From Amphiscolops sp. MND2022 (Eukaryota), in the NCBI GenBank assembly GCA_964187785.1, contig OZ076409.1, positions 6,388,001 to 6,452,000 on the forward strand: DNA of 64,000 nucleotides. The letters run 5' to 3'. The stretch's first letter is position 1. Every line of letters starts with the position of its first letter. The position numbers were made by a program, and so were the translations under genes. The notes beneath the pieces are model-generated. The model ran no database searches, had not been told where the DNA came from, and saw only the letters and a program-made list of their open reading frames with translations. Of the stretch, positions 1 to 12,413 are shown piece after piece.

Positions 1-660
1 GGGTCTTGCAAAGATTAGGTCTGTTTTCAGTATTTGGCATAAGTCTTCCTTCGTGAAGATCGTTATGGGCGACCCTGAGTCTATCATGGTTGAAAATTGT
101 TGTTTGTTTATCTTTCCTTTCAACACAAATGGTTTAACACCTACCCCGTTTACGTGTAGTACAATGTTGTCCTCGTCCCATTCCGAGCTGCCTCCTGATT
201 GGTCGGCTGATTGTTCAATCATATTCACTCTCCGCATGTTGCCACTATTTTGATTTCTGCCAGCTCCGCGCGAGTTGCCAGCTCTTGGTCTCTTGCACAT
301 TCTTGCGAAGTGTCCCGTTACTCCGCAGTTTCTGCATTTCTCTGTTTTCGCTTTACATGCTGCTAAGTGGTTTTGCGAAAATTCGAACCCGCATCGTGTA
401 CATGGATTTCTTGTTGTTCTTCCTTCTACTGCCATTACTGGTTCTGTTTTTATTTCTGCGCCTCCTGCGAAATTCTTTTGTTGGCTTATACCTTCTTCAT
501 ATGCGATCGCGAATCGCAGTGCTTCCTGTGGATTTTCTTTTGGCTCAGTACACAGGCGTTCCTGTACTGTCTTGTGTCGCATGTTCTGGATAAATGCGTC
601 CATGATAAGTCCCTCTGTTTGTTCACCAAATTCACATCTTGCCGCTAATCCCGTGGTTTG
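1..660 (-). mobile_element. gag: Ty3/Gypsy retrotransposon gag-protease fragment, running off the window edge
   Basis: Minus-strand translation reads ...LAARCEFGEQTEGLIMDAFIQNM...CTRCGFEFSQNHLAAC..EKCRNCGVTGHFARMC (CCHC knuckle)...FSTMIDSGSPITIF (aspartic protease DSG motif at ~73-81). No LTR is visible upstream. Confidence 0.85.
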
Positions 661-1539
661 GCACACTTCTTTTTTAGTTTGAGTGTTCGAGAGTGCACTC
701 TCTCACAGGAAGAGAATGTTGAATGAATCATTCGTTTACAAGGTGGCCCTTCAGAAACTGGACACTTATTTTGTTCGATAAAACCTGAAAACCAAATACG
801 AGTAAACGAAACATCAAAACAAGTTCATAAAACAAATGTGAACTTGATTTAAGCTGTCAATAAAAAATGAGAAGTTAATTTTAAGCTGTCTCATTTCAGG
901 AATTGTATAACAAAACAGCAAGGTATATAATAATAGGGGATGATAAGATATTTGACGAGCTTCAGTGCATACCCTTTAGTGTGAAATCTCTTGAAACTCT
1001 TACCAAGAATCCTACATATTCCTGAAACTCTTGGACTCTTGGTAAGAACATTGGCAAGATTCATACCAAGAGCGCCAAGAATATGTACAAATCGCAAGAT
1101 CTTGCCGAGAACATCAAGAAAATGGCTAATTTTTTTGACCGAATAGAAGCACAAAAAGCGTTGTTAGTACAGAAATCATCTCAGGAAAAACCAAGAAGTA
1201 TCAAGAATCTTGTCAAGAAATCCAGGAAAAGCGAATAATGAGCTGGAACGAAACAAAAGATCTCAATATTCCCGTTTACAACCTAGACAACCGCAAAAAA
1301 AATCTGAACAACAAAAAGTTCGGGAAGGCAGTCTAGAGTCACTGGAAATAAGATTTATAGGCATCGAAAAGTCGATCAGATTGTTGTCGGATATGGTTTC
1401 CAACCGCAAGCAAAGTTTGCAGCTATCTCAAACCATATTCCGTTTATTGAGTTTGGAAGATCTCAGCTGGTAAAACCATTTTGATTCCACGGGACATAAC
1501 AAAATCGGGATACATAATTGTTTACTGTGAGGTTCAAAA

Positions 1540-2010
1540 GCGTAAAGTTTTTTGAATTTGCAAAAAGACACTATTGTTCAAATTTTATCAAAATTTCAAG
1601 ACAAAAATGTTCATTTTGAAAAATTTCAAGGCCAAAAATTGTAAAAGGGGGACCCTTGGGTTTTTTGAAAATCCAGTTTGTTGCAAAATATCGAAAAAAT
1701 GAAGGGGGCCCTTTGGAGACTTCAAAAAATTTTCGAGAAAAAGTCTCACAAAGCTGGAAAAAATTGAATGGGGTTGGACCCCTTAGTCTTGTCCGGTTTT
1801 GCAAATGCACGAAAAAGATTTTGCAATTACACGAAAATGGTTTGTCCATGAAGCAGGGACTCGAACCCGCGACCGCTATGTTCCCCCTAAACTGAAAAAC
1901 CTCTGTACCAAAAAGTTGTACATACAGTCTGAGCTGTGTGGTCCGACGAGAACAAAGAAAAAAACTAGCCACTGTAATAGTCGGGCACTTTTTGTCAAAA
2001 AGTGCCGACG
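1540..2010 (-). mobile_element. HINE/DINE-1-like non-autonomous element, family A (partial)
   Basis: Ends in hairpin AGTCGGGCACTTTTT-GTC-AAAAAGTGCCGAC. Internal blocks (aaagggggaccc, gttgcaaaatatc, aaaaactagccactgt) are shared with copies at 40831, 43712 and 62146. Confidence 0.65.
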
Positions 2011-2132
2011 CAAAATAGCAAATTATAAAATAATAGATTACAATAAGTTATTTGACGAGCTTCGGTGCAAAATATAACGAACTTGAGATGCGTAGTTGTT
2101 TACTGTGTTTCGCGAATGCTCCTGTGTTTCAG

Positions 2133-2382
2133 GTCAAACTCTGAAGTTCTACACGAACCAACTGAGGTCGCTACAAGAGAACCAGACGCAGCTGATGGAA
2201 CTGCCAGTCTTACCTAACGTGTCAGTGACCACCGAAAAAGGGAAGGACCCCACGACCTGTTTGGGCGAGTTTTTCGACCAGCTGTCCATTGTGTACTTTC
2301 CCTGCAAATCGCAGATTGCTCAACACTCTAACGAAGAGCATGTCCCCAATAACAGTCTATGTACCAATTCAGTGTGGTCAAG
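2133..2382 (+). CDS. Putative host gene exon 1 (in window) of a C-terminal RING-H2 protein
   Basis: Acceptor tgtttcAG|, donor AAG|gttagt; open frame GQTLKFYTNQLRSLQ...NSVWSR; GC-richer than flanks; end phase 2 matches the next exon. Confidence 0.6.
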
Positions 2383-2399
2383 GTTAGTTGGCCGCTTCA

Positions 2400-2725
2400 A
2401 GGTCACTTGAGGTCAAGGTCAATGTCAAGGTCACTCGAGGTCAAGGTCAAGGTCGCTCGAGGTCAAGGTCACTCGAGGTCAAGGTCGCTCGAGGTCAAGC
2501 TCGCTCGAGGTCAAGGTCGCTCGAGGTCAAGCTCGCTCGAGGTCAAGGTCGCTCGAGGTCAAGGTCAAGGTCGCTCGAGATCGAGGTCAAGGTCGCTCGT
2601 GGTCGAGGTCAAGGTCGCTCGAGGTCAAAGTCGCTCGAGGTCAAGGTCGCTCGAGGTCAAAGTCGCTCGAGGTCAAGGTCGCTCGAGGTCAAGGTCGCTC
2701 GAGGTCAAGGTCAAGTTGAGAGGTC
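2400..2725. repeat. Minisatellite of GAGGTCAAGGTCGCTC (16 bp) with extra GGTCAA (6 bp) units
   Basis: About 20 tandem units read directly; generates spurious RSRSLEVKVARGQG ORFs. Confidence 0.95.
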
Positions 2726-2797
2726 AAATCACTCAAACCGGAGGTCAAGGTCGATTTGTACCAGAAACTGAATTCAATCCACAGATACGGCCGTGAT

Positions 2798-3099
2798 TTT
2801 TAGAATTCAGGAAAAAAATTAGACTGACTACTTATGCAATCGTACTTTTTTCTTCCGGCTTTTCATTGAAAACTTCAAATTGCTCAAAAACTGTCCGCAC
2901 GATTTTTATAAAAATTGCACAGTAATTCTACACCCAAAGGTGCTCCTGTGTGCGCAATGACATCAAAATCGTATGACTGAGATCTGAGAAAGATAGCCAA
3001 AATTAGTCCAAAAATGACCAAATGACAGTAAAGTTGGTAATTTGTTTTTCAACTTTTTAATCCGTTTTCGACTCCTTTACCTCACATGCGGCTCTGGTT
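2798..3099 (+). mobile_element. HINE-like non-autonomous element, family B (degenerate copy)
   Basis: Collinear similarity to 38131-38545 (atgcaatcgt..., ctcaaaaactgtcc, ctacacccaaagg, caaaatcgtatg, gcggctctggtt). Confidence 0.7.
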
Positions 3100-3341
3100 T
3101 AATATGGTTAATAACAAAAACAAAACACACAATATCTTTTTTCTTATGCGTTGAAACCAAGAAAATTATATTCAATTAGAGATTTCTTGAGTTCCAGAAT
3201 TTGTAAGTAAAAACTATTTTAAACTTTTTTGTTTTATTGAAGTTTAAAAAAAATTTTTGGAAGATTTATATTGCGGGTTAGTTTCAATGGAAGACTTCAA
3301 TTTTCAGTCTTTTCCAATGTCATAGATTTTTTGTTGAGCAG

Positions 3342-3469
3342 GCCGGATAAGCCAGGGGTGGGATCCAACTTGCTGTGCCACAACAAAGCAGCCAGACTGC
3401 CCCCTGGAATTCTGATGCAGACACCCTCAGGCTCCTCCTCCGCCTTCTCCGCCCAAGACATTAATCCAG
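3342..3469 (+). CDS. Putative host gene exon 2 (GC-AG donor)
   Basis: Acceptor gagcAG|, donor CAG|gcatgt; 128 nt (phase 2 to 1); reads (R)PDKPGVGSNLLCHNKAARLPPGILMQTPSGSSSAFSAQDINP. Confidence 0.55.
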
Positions 3470-4157
3470 GCATGTATCAACACTTATGTACACAAAATTG
3501 TATTTTTTGGAACTTATGGAAAAGAGATAGCTTGGTAAACATTACGGTACATATGCCGCAAAAGTGGAATTTATCATCAAGTGTAAAATGTATTTTCCGT
3601 AAAACGAGTGCGAACCGTATTCTAGTCAAACAGTTCATCGTGTTCATCGCGGATTGTGATGCACAGTGTAATCAGAAATGGCAGACTGTGATCATTGAGC
3701 GTAATTAGAGAAAAGTGGAAACCAGTCAAGAATTTTCAATCTGAAATCTGTGACGTCAATGAAGTGAAAATTAGTCAATCTTTGACTAGAATTCACTTTT
3801 AGAGTACTTTGAAATATTATTCATTGAAAATGGAGAACTGGTCAAAGTTTGACTACTTTACACCAAACAAACAGTACACCCTATTGCTTTCTTCTTTCAT
3901 AAAAACGCTTCACCTTGTAATTGCAGTCGGTAATTAGTTTGACTGGTCTACACTAATTCGACTAATTTCAAAAAATTAAAAATTTGAATTTGTTTAAAAA
4001 CCTTTATTATTATATTTTTTAATTAATAATTTTTATTTATGTAATTACATGAAATGTCTGAGCAAACAACAGCTTGCTCGCGAAAAAGAATCAAAATTGT
4101 TCCACCACAAAATCGAAGATGAGTTCGAAAGCTTAAGTGAATCGTTCTTGGGGCTTC

Positions 4158-5113
4158 TCACTTGGCCGAATATTCACTTGGCCGAATATCCACTTGGCCC
4201 GATATCCACTTGGCCGAATATCCACTTGGCCGAATATCCACTTGGCCGAATATCCACTTGGCCGAATATCCACTCGGCCGAACATTCACTTGGCCGAATA
4301 TCCACTTGGCCGAACATTCACTTGGCCGAATATCCACTTGGTCGAACATTCACTTGGCCGAACATTCACTTGGCCGAACATTCACTTGGCCGAATATTCA
4401 CTTGGCCGAATATCCACTTGGCCCGATATCCACTTGGCCGAATATCCACTTGGCCGAATATCCACTTGGCCGAATATCCACTTGGCCGAATATCCACTCG
4501 GCCGAACATTCACTTGGCCGAATATCCACTTGGCCGAATATCCACTTGGCCGAATATCCACTTGGCCCGATATCCACTTGGCCCGATATCCACTTGGCCG
4601 AATATCCACTTGGCCGAATATCCACTTGGCCGAATATCCACTTGGCCCGATATCCACTTGGCCGAATATCCACTTGGCCGAATATCCACTTGGCCGAATA
4701 TCCACTTGGCCGAATATCCACTCGGCCGAACATTCACTTGGCCGAATATCCACTTGGTCGAACATTCACTTGGCCGAACATTCACTTGGCCGAATATTCA
4801 CTTGGCCGAATATCCACTTGGCCCGATATCCACTTGGCCGAATATCCACTTGGCCGAATATCCACTTGGCCGAATATCCACTTGGCCGAATATCCACTCG
4901 GCCGAACATTCACTTGGCCGAATATCCACTTGGCCGAACATTCACTTGGCCGAATATCCACTTGGTCGAACATTCACTTGGCCGAACATTCACTTGGCCG
5001 AACATTCACTTGGCCGAATATTCACTTGGGCGAATATCCACTTGGCCGAATATCCACTTGGCCGAACATTCACTTGGCCGAATATCCACTTGGCCGAACA
5101 TTCACTTGGCCGA
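4158..5113. repeat. 16-bp tandem array CACTTGGCCGAATATC (~60 units, with variant units)
   Basis: Read directly; a 16-bp stop-free unit explains the long ORFs in all frames. Confidence 0.97.
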
Positions 5114-5458
5114 AAAAACAAAAGGTTTCAATTAGCCGAAAAATACTAAGCACTGTATAATTCTCTGCAATCTGATTTGTTGACGCGGGCGGACCGGAAC
5201 GAATCCGTTCAAAGATAAAAAATACGAATTTTCCATTTTACCCTAATCAGCTATGCTCACATACCCCTAATGCCCTATATGCAGGAGCAAAGCGAAGCGG
5301 AGCGACGTACCATATGGCCATGCCTCAATGTGCTACTTGGCGAAGGGAGCGAAGCGATCGAGCCATACAACAAATATGCCTAGTATTTTTCTGCTAAGTG
5401 AAACCTTTTGTTTTTTTGCCAAATGAAACCTTTGTTTTTTCGGCCAAGTGAAACCTTA

Positions 5459-6227
5459 TGTAACGGGACCCTGTGATATGCCGAAATCAGCCGAGTTTGA
5501 CGATTTTGGAGTTTTGACATCTTCAGAAATCTTGTCAAAAATTCTGATTCGATCTTTGACGTGGCACTGAGCATGTGATTGCTCTTTTCGCTGTTTCAAC
5601 GAAATTGGCAGGTACTTCGAAAACAAGAGCGAGAAAAAACATAAGGCCAGCCGCCCGAACAGACGCCAGAGACTGCAAAAACCACTGAAATTAGACTCTT
5701 TTGAAGGCGCTAACCTTGATTTCAGCAATTTGCTACCTTAAGTAGCGAAAACCGTAAAAATGAGTCTTTTCGTCTAATTCACAAATCTGTGCCTGTGGTG
5801 CCTTGCGAGCTGAATGTGGATGTTGCCAAATCGCCGTTGTGGACGAGATTGCTGTAGATTGCTGTACATTGTAAGTTGATGGCTACTTTGACAACTTTAG
5901 ATCTATTCCGCAATTTTAGATATTATTCCCCAAGTCACCCTGAATAACGAAAATTTAACATAATTTCCTTTTGGAACGTTTTTAAAGGCTGTCTAAGCGG
6001 TAGTTTCGAGGACAAAGCGTAATTCACGTTACTGACAGCAATTAAAGACTGGATCAGGCCGGCGAGCACTTCACAAGAAGCGGAATCCTCCTCTGACGGG
6101 ACAGTTTTCACCCGAAAGAGGCAAAATGAGCTCATGGTCATGGGCGCCTGTCCCGGGCAAATACCCATACCTTGTGTTCGTCCAACTCTAATGGTTACGG
6201 CGACAATGGTGAGAGCTTGTCGTTACA
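5459..6227. mobile_element. Solo-LTR-like element (~770 bp)
   Basis: Starts TGTAACG and ends CGTTACA (terminal inverted repeat with TG..CA). Homologous segments occur at 44790-44960 and 61316-61798. No clear TSD. Confidence 0.55.
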
Positions 6228-6839
6228 TTGTTTTTTTTGCGGTGAGTGAAACTTTTTTTCGGCCAAGTGAAACCTTTTGTTTTTTCTTCGGCCAAGTGGC
6301 ACCCCACCATCGTGCTGTGTTGCTTCTTCTAGAAAGACTAATATACTTCGTTGAAAACAATGATCGAACTACTGCAGCGATCATAATTGGCTAAAAGCAA
6401 ACGCTTGGCCGCCTTCCATCTGACTAATTCTGTTCTCATTATCGGTGAGAATTCGTAGAGAATTCTGTTTGGCAGGAAGTTGTGGTGTTCGATAAATTTG
6501 AAGTCCGTTGGATAACAAAACGGTTGCTGTGGAAAGCTTATGACAAAAAAATTACAGACAAAACAAAAAATTCAGATGATCCGATTTGATTTCGAGGATG
6601 TTTTCTGTTAATTCCTAACTTCTTCTTCCCCCACAGTAAGCGCGAAAAAACCCCCGTTCAGGCAATTGATTTGAGTTGCAATTAGCGTTAAAACAACCTA
6701 TTGAAATCTAATTGTTGTTACTAATATTTCAATGACTATTTCAATTGACTTAACTGGGGGAAATTAACAGAAAAGACCCGGATTTTGAATTGAGTCTTTT
6801 AGAAAACATTTCAAAAATGTAACGAAACGGAAAGCAATT

Positions 6840-6918
6840 TCCCTTTTTACAGTTTCAAAAAAAACTTACGCTTTTGAGTCTTAGATATAGCGCCGACTTT
6901 AGACGTTCCCGTCTTGTT
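6840..6918 (+). mobile_element. HINE family A 3' end fragment
   Basis: AGCGCCGACTTTAGACGTTCCCGTCTTGTT: subterminal repeat, AGACG/CGTCT stem-loop and CTTGTT end. Confidence 0.7.
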
Positions 6919-7017
6919 TGTTCCAGCTGAGAGACTAAATCTTATTCATAGGCGGAAAATATTGATAGTTTAAACACATCCCTTCAACCTGCTTAGGAAA
7001 CTCTTTATGCACGTCAG

Positions 7018-7209
7018 CCTTCTCCTCCTTCGGGTCAATTGGGGGCGTGGTCTCGGGGGCTGGCAAGGGGGGTCAGCAGCCCCCCTTGGGAGTAGTACCC
7101 CCCACCAGCATTGTGGGCTCGGGGGTGGGGGGAGGTGTGCCAACGTGCCAGAACTCAACCCGACAGAAACTGCTTTCGTCACTATTCAGCTCGGAGCATC
7201 TCACCACGG
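7018..7209 (+). CDS. Putative host gene exon 3 (Gly/Ser/Pro-rich)
   Basis: Acceptor cgtcAG|, donor CGG|gttaga; 192 nt (phase 1 to 1); reads (A)FSSFGSIGGVVSGAGKGGQQPPLGVVPPTS...LFSSEHLTT. Confidence 0.6.
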
Positions 7210-8461
7210 GTTAGAGTTTACCTACCGTAAGGTTATACACGGTATTAGTGCAACAATCCACGAAAGTGTTCCAATCCACTTTTCCCATTTCTTGAAAACC
7301 CACGGGTTAAAACTTACGACGAATGACTTAGATGACCCGGGTTCCACCCCAAAGATTTTTTAGTCTGGGGCCAGATCTGGCGGGAGGTTTGACAGAGGAA
7401 ATACCTGTGTGACAAGGCCTTGGAACGAAATATTCGGCCCAGACTAGACCTGAATCTTGATTGAGATGTCTGGCCCAGACCTATCCCCAGATTGAAAATA
7501 TCTGAAAAGTAGACTTTTCAGTGACCATTGGAAAAACTGCTTCGCTCAAAAATTCTGCTAACTCCAAAATTAACCGGACGTTGGTACTATTTCGCACCAG
7601 AAAGTGTCTGCAAACTTCTGAAGCCAATAGCTGAACGTATGGAACAAAACTCGTGAATAAGAAATTCAGACAATATTACATAGCATTGCACACATTTCAC
7701 GAATTATTGGCTTGATGCGAAAAAAATTGAAACAAATAGTGCCGATTTTCGGTTTTTCCAGGTTTCGTTTATGGCCACTTTATCCCACTGGTATCAAGGT
7801 TGGGTCAAAGTAGCCTTAGCATGTTTTGAAACATACGGAATTGCAATCAGAGACAAGAGGCGTGCAAGGCTTTGGCGCAAAGTCCGGAGTCAGTGCCTGT
7901 AGCAGGAACTCAGCCCAGCAGTTCAGAAATCAATTTAAAAGCACTGATTTGCTTCTTTCGAACACGCTATGAATTGTCTATCGGACTCGAATAGTTAAAA
8001 GATGAGCTCAAGATTATTGGATGGCTTTCCTCGTCAATTCAGAGTCAATGTCAAAATTTTTAGAGCTAGAATCAATCCAACCTGCCAGATAATCTCCTAA
8101 AAGCATTTTAGAGAAAAATGATGAAACAAGATTGTAGCAGGTGATTTTTGAAATACCACTGGTTGGTAACGATCGCAATCTTTCAAAGGTCATCCATGAT
8201 CCACCGAAGTTCCACCAACGGACCACCGAGGTGGCATCTGTAGCTTTTGTATTGAACTGTTACGGATCATTGAAAACAGCCTCCATCGGTAGTTTGCGGT
8301 AAAGTGCCATTTTCAGACGGTATCAGTTATGTCGCAATGATCCTTTAGAATAAACCATTGAAATTAGATCTGATCTTCAATTCAACGTTCCGAATAGTCA
8401 TTACTGAGTCAATGTAAAGCCTTTTTGAATTTAGGAAATTCCCATATTTACTCCTTTATCT

Positions 8462-8661
8462 NNNNNNNNNNNNNNNNNNNNNNNNNNNNNNNNNNNNNNN
8501 NNNNNNNNNNNNNNNNNNNNNNNNNNNNNNNNNNNNNNNNNNNNNNNNNNNNNNNNNNNNNNNNNNNNNNNNNNNNNNNNNNNNNNNNNNNNNNNNNNNN
8601 NNNNNNNNNNNNNNNNNNNNNNNNNNNNNNNNNNNNNNNNNNNNNNNNNNNNNNNNNNNNN
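8462..8661. other. Assembly gap (200 N)
   Basis: Run of N characters. Confidence 1.
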
Positions 8662-8979
8662 AAATCTCGGATTGCCGCTAGCCCGAAATTGAAGTGAATA
8701 AACCCTTACTGCAAACGTACGCATACAGATGAATTCATAATCATGCATTTGTGTTAATCCTTGCCAACCAACCTTGAGCTGAAACCCTAAAACGCAAATA
8801 CGCTCGAACAAAAAATACTACATGTATTGTAGAAAACCAAAAATGAATTTATTTTATTTATTTATTGTCACTATATTGGAATACAATATATTTTTTTACG
8901 TCCCTGGTTGTACTATAGTACATGTAAACCACGCCAGCCAACACTCAGAATCCTAGTGCCAACTTTTGAAGGTGTTGTA

Positions 8980-9168
8980 ACAAGCCGACACGCCATTAAA
9001 TTGACGCGCCAAAAATCCGACAGTAGATGTATTAGCCAGTGAAAACAACTGCACAATTCAATCAAGTTTGAATTCCAAACATGGATTGAACACTCGGCCC
9101 GATCAGATAATGAGTGTCGGTTTCTTGACTCAATTTCCAATTGTCAGTTTGATGGCGTGTCGGCTTGT
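8980..9168. repeat. Short MITE-like inverted-repeat element
   Basis: acaagccgacacgccattaaattgac ... gtcagtttgatggcgtgtcggcttgt: ~26-bp inverted repeats with 2 mismatches. Confidence 0.55.
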
Positions 9169-9464
9169 GCCAACTTTCAAGCCCTCGACGATGATTTCAG
9201 CGGTGGATTCCCAAAGATCCATAAGAGCACATAACATGAAAACTAAATTAGTGTCAAATAACATAAAATTGAAATGATTTCAACAAACAAAAAAGTAAAA
9301 GTGTTAATGAGAAAGTTATAGTGGTAAAAAGTATTCACAATCCAAAAGATTCATTGTAAAAAGTATGAAAATTACAGATAAAATTTCGTGAGTTCAATTG
9401 CATAACCGGGAATTCCCGAATAACCGGGAACTTATGTTATTTGGTACGGCGTAATTGATTTCAG

Positions 9465-9654
9465 CTAGCATGGAGTTAAATAGAAGCGGTGGGATAAGTG
9501 TGAACAACAATGGCGACATAGTTTCGTCCTTCACCAACCCCAGTGGCGGGACCTGTCACGCTCAACAGAACAGTTTTCTGGCATCCAAAACCCCCTCCGG
9601 ACTCGTGTCTTCTATACCAACAGCGCACCATCATCACCCACATTTACTACCTGG
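9465..9654 (+). CDS. Putative host gene exon 4 (Ser/His-rich)
   Basis: Acceptor gatttcAG|, donor TGG|gttgaa; 190 nt (phase 1 to 2); reads (A)SMELNRSGGISVNNNG...TAHHHHPHLLP(G). Confidence 0.6.
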
Positions 9655-9689
9655 GTTGAAATCCTCCTCTTTTCACACAGCGATCGACA

Positions 9690-10030
9690 TCTTGAATATC
9701 TTGCCAAGATCTTCCAAGATTTTGCCAAGATCTTCCAAGATTTTGCCAAGATCTTCCAAGATTTTGCCAAGATCTTCCAAGATTTTGCCAAGATCTTGCA
9801 AGATTTTGCCAAGATCTTGCAAGTTCTGGGAAGATCTTCAAAGAAATCCAGGATAGAACCCAAGATCTTGTCAGGATATCCAAGATGAAATCAAAGATCT
9901 TGTCAAGATATCCTAGATGAGATCCAAGATCTTCCAAGATCTCTCCAAGAAATTCAAGATGTCAAGACAACACCTAAGATATTCAAGAATTCAAACTTTT
10001 CCCCAAGATCTTGGCAAGATATTCAAGATA
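9690..10030. repeat. 21-bp tandem array CAAGATCTTCCAAGATTTTGC (~6 units) within a CAAGAT-rich interspersed repeat
   Basis: Read directly at ~9700-9825. Related CAAGA-rich degenerate tracts occur at ~990-1120 and 43310-43540. Confidence 0.85.
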
Positions 10031-10793
10031 TTCACGAACACTGGGCATCTACTTTTGTTTGACCTTTTCCTCAGAATTGCATTTTTGACTGAAACTTTTC
10101 AGTGTGTCCTGGTCGAGATTGCTTGAACTTTTTACATGCTGCATTGAACCATGCAGGCAAATTTTTTACGAAACATGGAAAACTCAGGGAACATACATGG
10201 AAACATTTTGTAGGATTACAATGCAGCTTCCACTATTTCAATTAAAACTGAAAACATTTCCACTTCTTCACCACCGCGATCACTTTGTTTTCACGCGTAA
10301 GTTTCTCAAGTAAGTACTGTACCTTATGTAATCATTACTTAAATAGCACGCTGAATATGAAGCTCTTTTGATAATATCATGATAATGTATTTTGAAATTA
10401 TGGTAATAACTTTTCTTGATAATTTTTCGTCGTGAAATCTCTTCAAATGACAAAAACTGTCGCAGCTCAGAAAAGCCATTGATATTATCCAATTTCGGGC
10501 AGTTACAAACAAAGTTGAAGAAAAAAGTTTTTTTTTCGATTTGATATAATGACTATTTCATATACAGTTATATGATGCAGTCTAAAGATGCATGTTTTTG
10601 CATGTTTTTTGCATGTTTTCTGCATGGTTTGTTTTGTATGTATTGCATAGTAAATTCAGAAAACAGAATAAAAATTTGCATGCTGCTTTGAACTTTCGAT
10701 GAATGTTCATGCTTCGTTTTCCCAAACAAGGTCAAGGTTTGGTTGATTTCGAATAGCCGGCAAGTTTTTCAACCCGTGACCTTTCACCTCCAG

Positions 10794-10947
10794 CACCTCA
10801 GCGGTGGACAAATCGGAGCACCACCCCTCACACGGGCACCATCCTCATACTTCCGGGGGGCCAGTGTCGGGGGGTTCCGGCGGGGTAGTGGTCACCTGTT
10901 CCAATGACTCACCCCACCCTCACTCACAAGCAGCCAATCACAGCCAG
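10794..10947 (+). CDS. Putative host gene exon 5 (His/Gly-rich)
   Basis: Acceptor ctttcacctccAG|; phase 2 matches the previous exon; reads TSAVDKSEHHPSHGHHPHTSGGPVSGGSGG...ANHSQ. Possible GC donor CAG|gcatta (phase 0); otherwise the frame stops at 10992. Confidence 0.55.
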
Positions 10948-11134
10948 GCATTACTCCACAATGTTGTTATTCAACCACTTTTCACTAGTTGACGCGCTAA
11001 CTAAAATGTGTCGATCTTCGCGAAAGTTTCATTTTCCGTAATAATTTTTTGGATTCCTAATCTGGGGATATTTAAAATTCTCAGATAAAGTGAAAATCAT
11101 ACTCCGGAAAATGGCAAACGACATGAAACCACTT

Positions 11135-12413
11135 CAGAGTGGTTTCATAAATATGGAATAACTAAAACGTCAATTACAAGAAAATGGATTGCAACACAAG
11201 GGCAGTTTCCAAGATTTGGCTAACAGAGAGTTAGAAAATTGTTTTGGGTTAAATTAGGAGGTGCTGGAAATGACCACCTTCAGCCTGTTGGCAGAATTCC
11301 TATCTTTTGTTAATCGACTGAATACCGCTTAGAATGTCTTCCTTTTCCAAAACAGCACAGCATCTCGCAATGACATCCATAAGCTGGTCTAGGCTCTGTG
11401 GAGACTCTTTCTCTCTCTCCACAGAGCTCAACCCATAGCCCCAAAAGACGTAGTCTAGAGGATTCAGGTTCGGACTTTGAGGTGCCAGACCACGGGACTT
11501 TCCACTTTAGTCACACTTCCGTCAAATGTCTCCTTGAGCCAAGCAATAACTTTTTTGGTTTTGACACGTAGCCCCAACCTGCATGAACCAAATACGCCTC
11601 AATATACGCCTCTTGAAGATATTTGGCCACATTTTCGTCTGCAGCATATCGAGGTAAACATCTTAGTTTACTTTGGCAAACCATCCATTTTGATCAATAA
11701 ACCAAAATGAGCCAATAACCTCGCCACCAAGACACCCACACCAAGGCATCACCTTCCGCTTTCCAGTGAAATAGCTCTTTCCTGTCATATTCAGACGACT
11801 TGAAATATTCAGATCATATTCAGCCGGTAGCCCAGATGCGGAATTCTGTTAATTGCTCTCATGTTGCAGAACCCACCATTTTTCGTCCAAACAAAGACAA
11901 TTTTGCAAATTTGTGGTCCACGTTCTCTAAACCAATAGGTGAATATCAGCCGGAATTCCCATTTTGCGGCTCGATCATGTGGACACAGTTTTATTGGAAA
12001 TAGGATTTTTGGTCTCCTGGGTGTTGTAATAGGCAATGGGTATTTTAGAAAACTTTGATTCATTCGTACGAAATTTTTAGGCTGATGAAGGGTTGAAGCC
12101 CGTCCTTTAATTCAGTATTCAGTACAAAAAATACGTTTGACTGCTGGTTGAGAGTCTAATTTGATGTAATGGTGGATCAAACTTGTTCAATGGAGAACGC
12201 TGTTTAACTCTCATTGTAATTTGCAAGTGTGCGGTTTCGAAAGATGTGAAAAACCGGAAGTTGTGAACAATTGAAGATTTACTTTCGATTTGCAAAAACG
12301 CAGCGTAAAACTTTCATAGGATGCTGATATTGTCATAAAACTTCGCATCATTTTAATGTATGATTTATGAGATATCGTTGACTTACTTCTTCCATAATTT
12401 TGAAAACACCCTG
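11135..12413 (-). mobile_element. Degenerate Tc1/mariner-superfamily DNA transposon (D-ending triad type)
   Basis: Imperfect TIRs cagagtggtttcataaatatggaa / ttccataattttgaaaacaccctg. Minus-strand remnants VMPWCGCLGGEVIGSFWF..VN*DVYLDMLQTKMWP..IWFMQVGAT and SPNLNPLDYVFWGY, with stops and frameshifts. Confidence 0.8.

Larger units (their letters stand above)
4149..6306. mobile_element. Foldback-like non-autonomous element whose inverted arms are built from CACTTGGCCGAA units
   Basis: Left end tggggcttctcacttggccgaa versus right end ttcggccaagtggcacccca. Inner arm ends ~5103-5148 and 5381-5425 are reverse complements. The right arm is interrupted by an LTR-like insert. Confidence 0.6.

Noticed and set aside
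1850..1880. tRNA-like GGTTCGA on the minus strand (also ~44044, ~62622)
   Set aside because: Only a T-arm/B-box-like fragment inside a repeat; no cloverleaf can be built.
2359..2796. RS-rich ORFs resembling SR proteins; AGGTCA nuclear-receptor half-sites
   Set aside because: By-products of a 16/6-bp minisatellite in a predicted intron; no evidence of function.
4049..5160. 332-366 aa ORFs in three frames; CRISPR-like regularity
   Set aside because: Stop-free 16-bp tandem unit with no unique spacers; eukaryotic context with no cas genes.
7500..8400. Possible decayed transposase (VPATGTDS on the minus strand)
   Set aside because: Motif too weak, frames broken, no TIRs found.
8425..8811. ORFs spanning the N run
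   Set aside because: Artefacts of the assembly gap.
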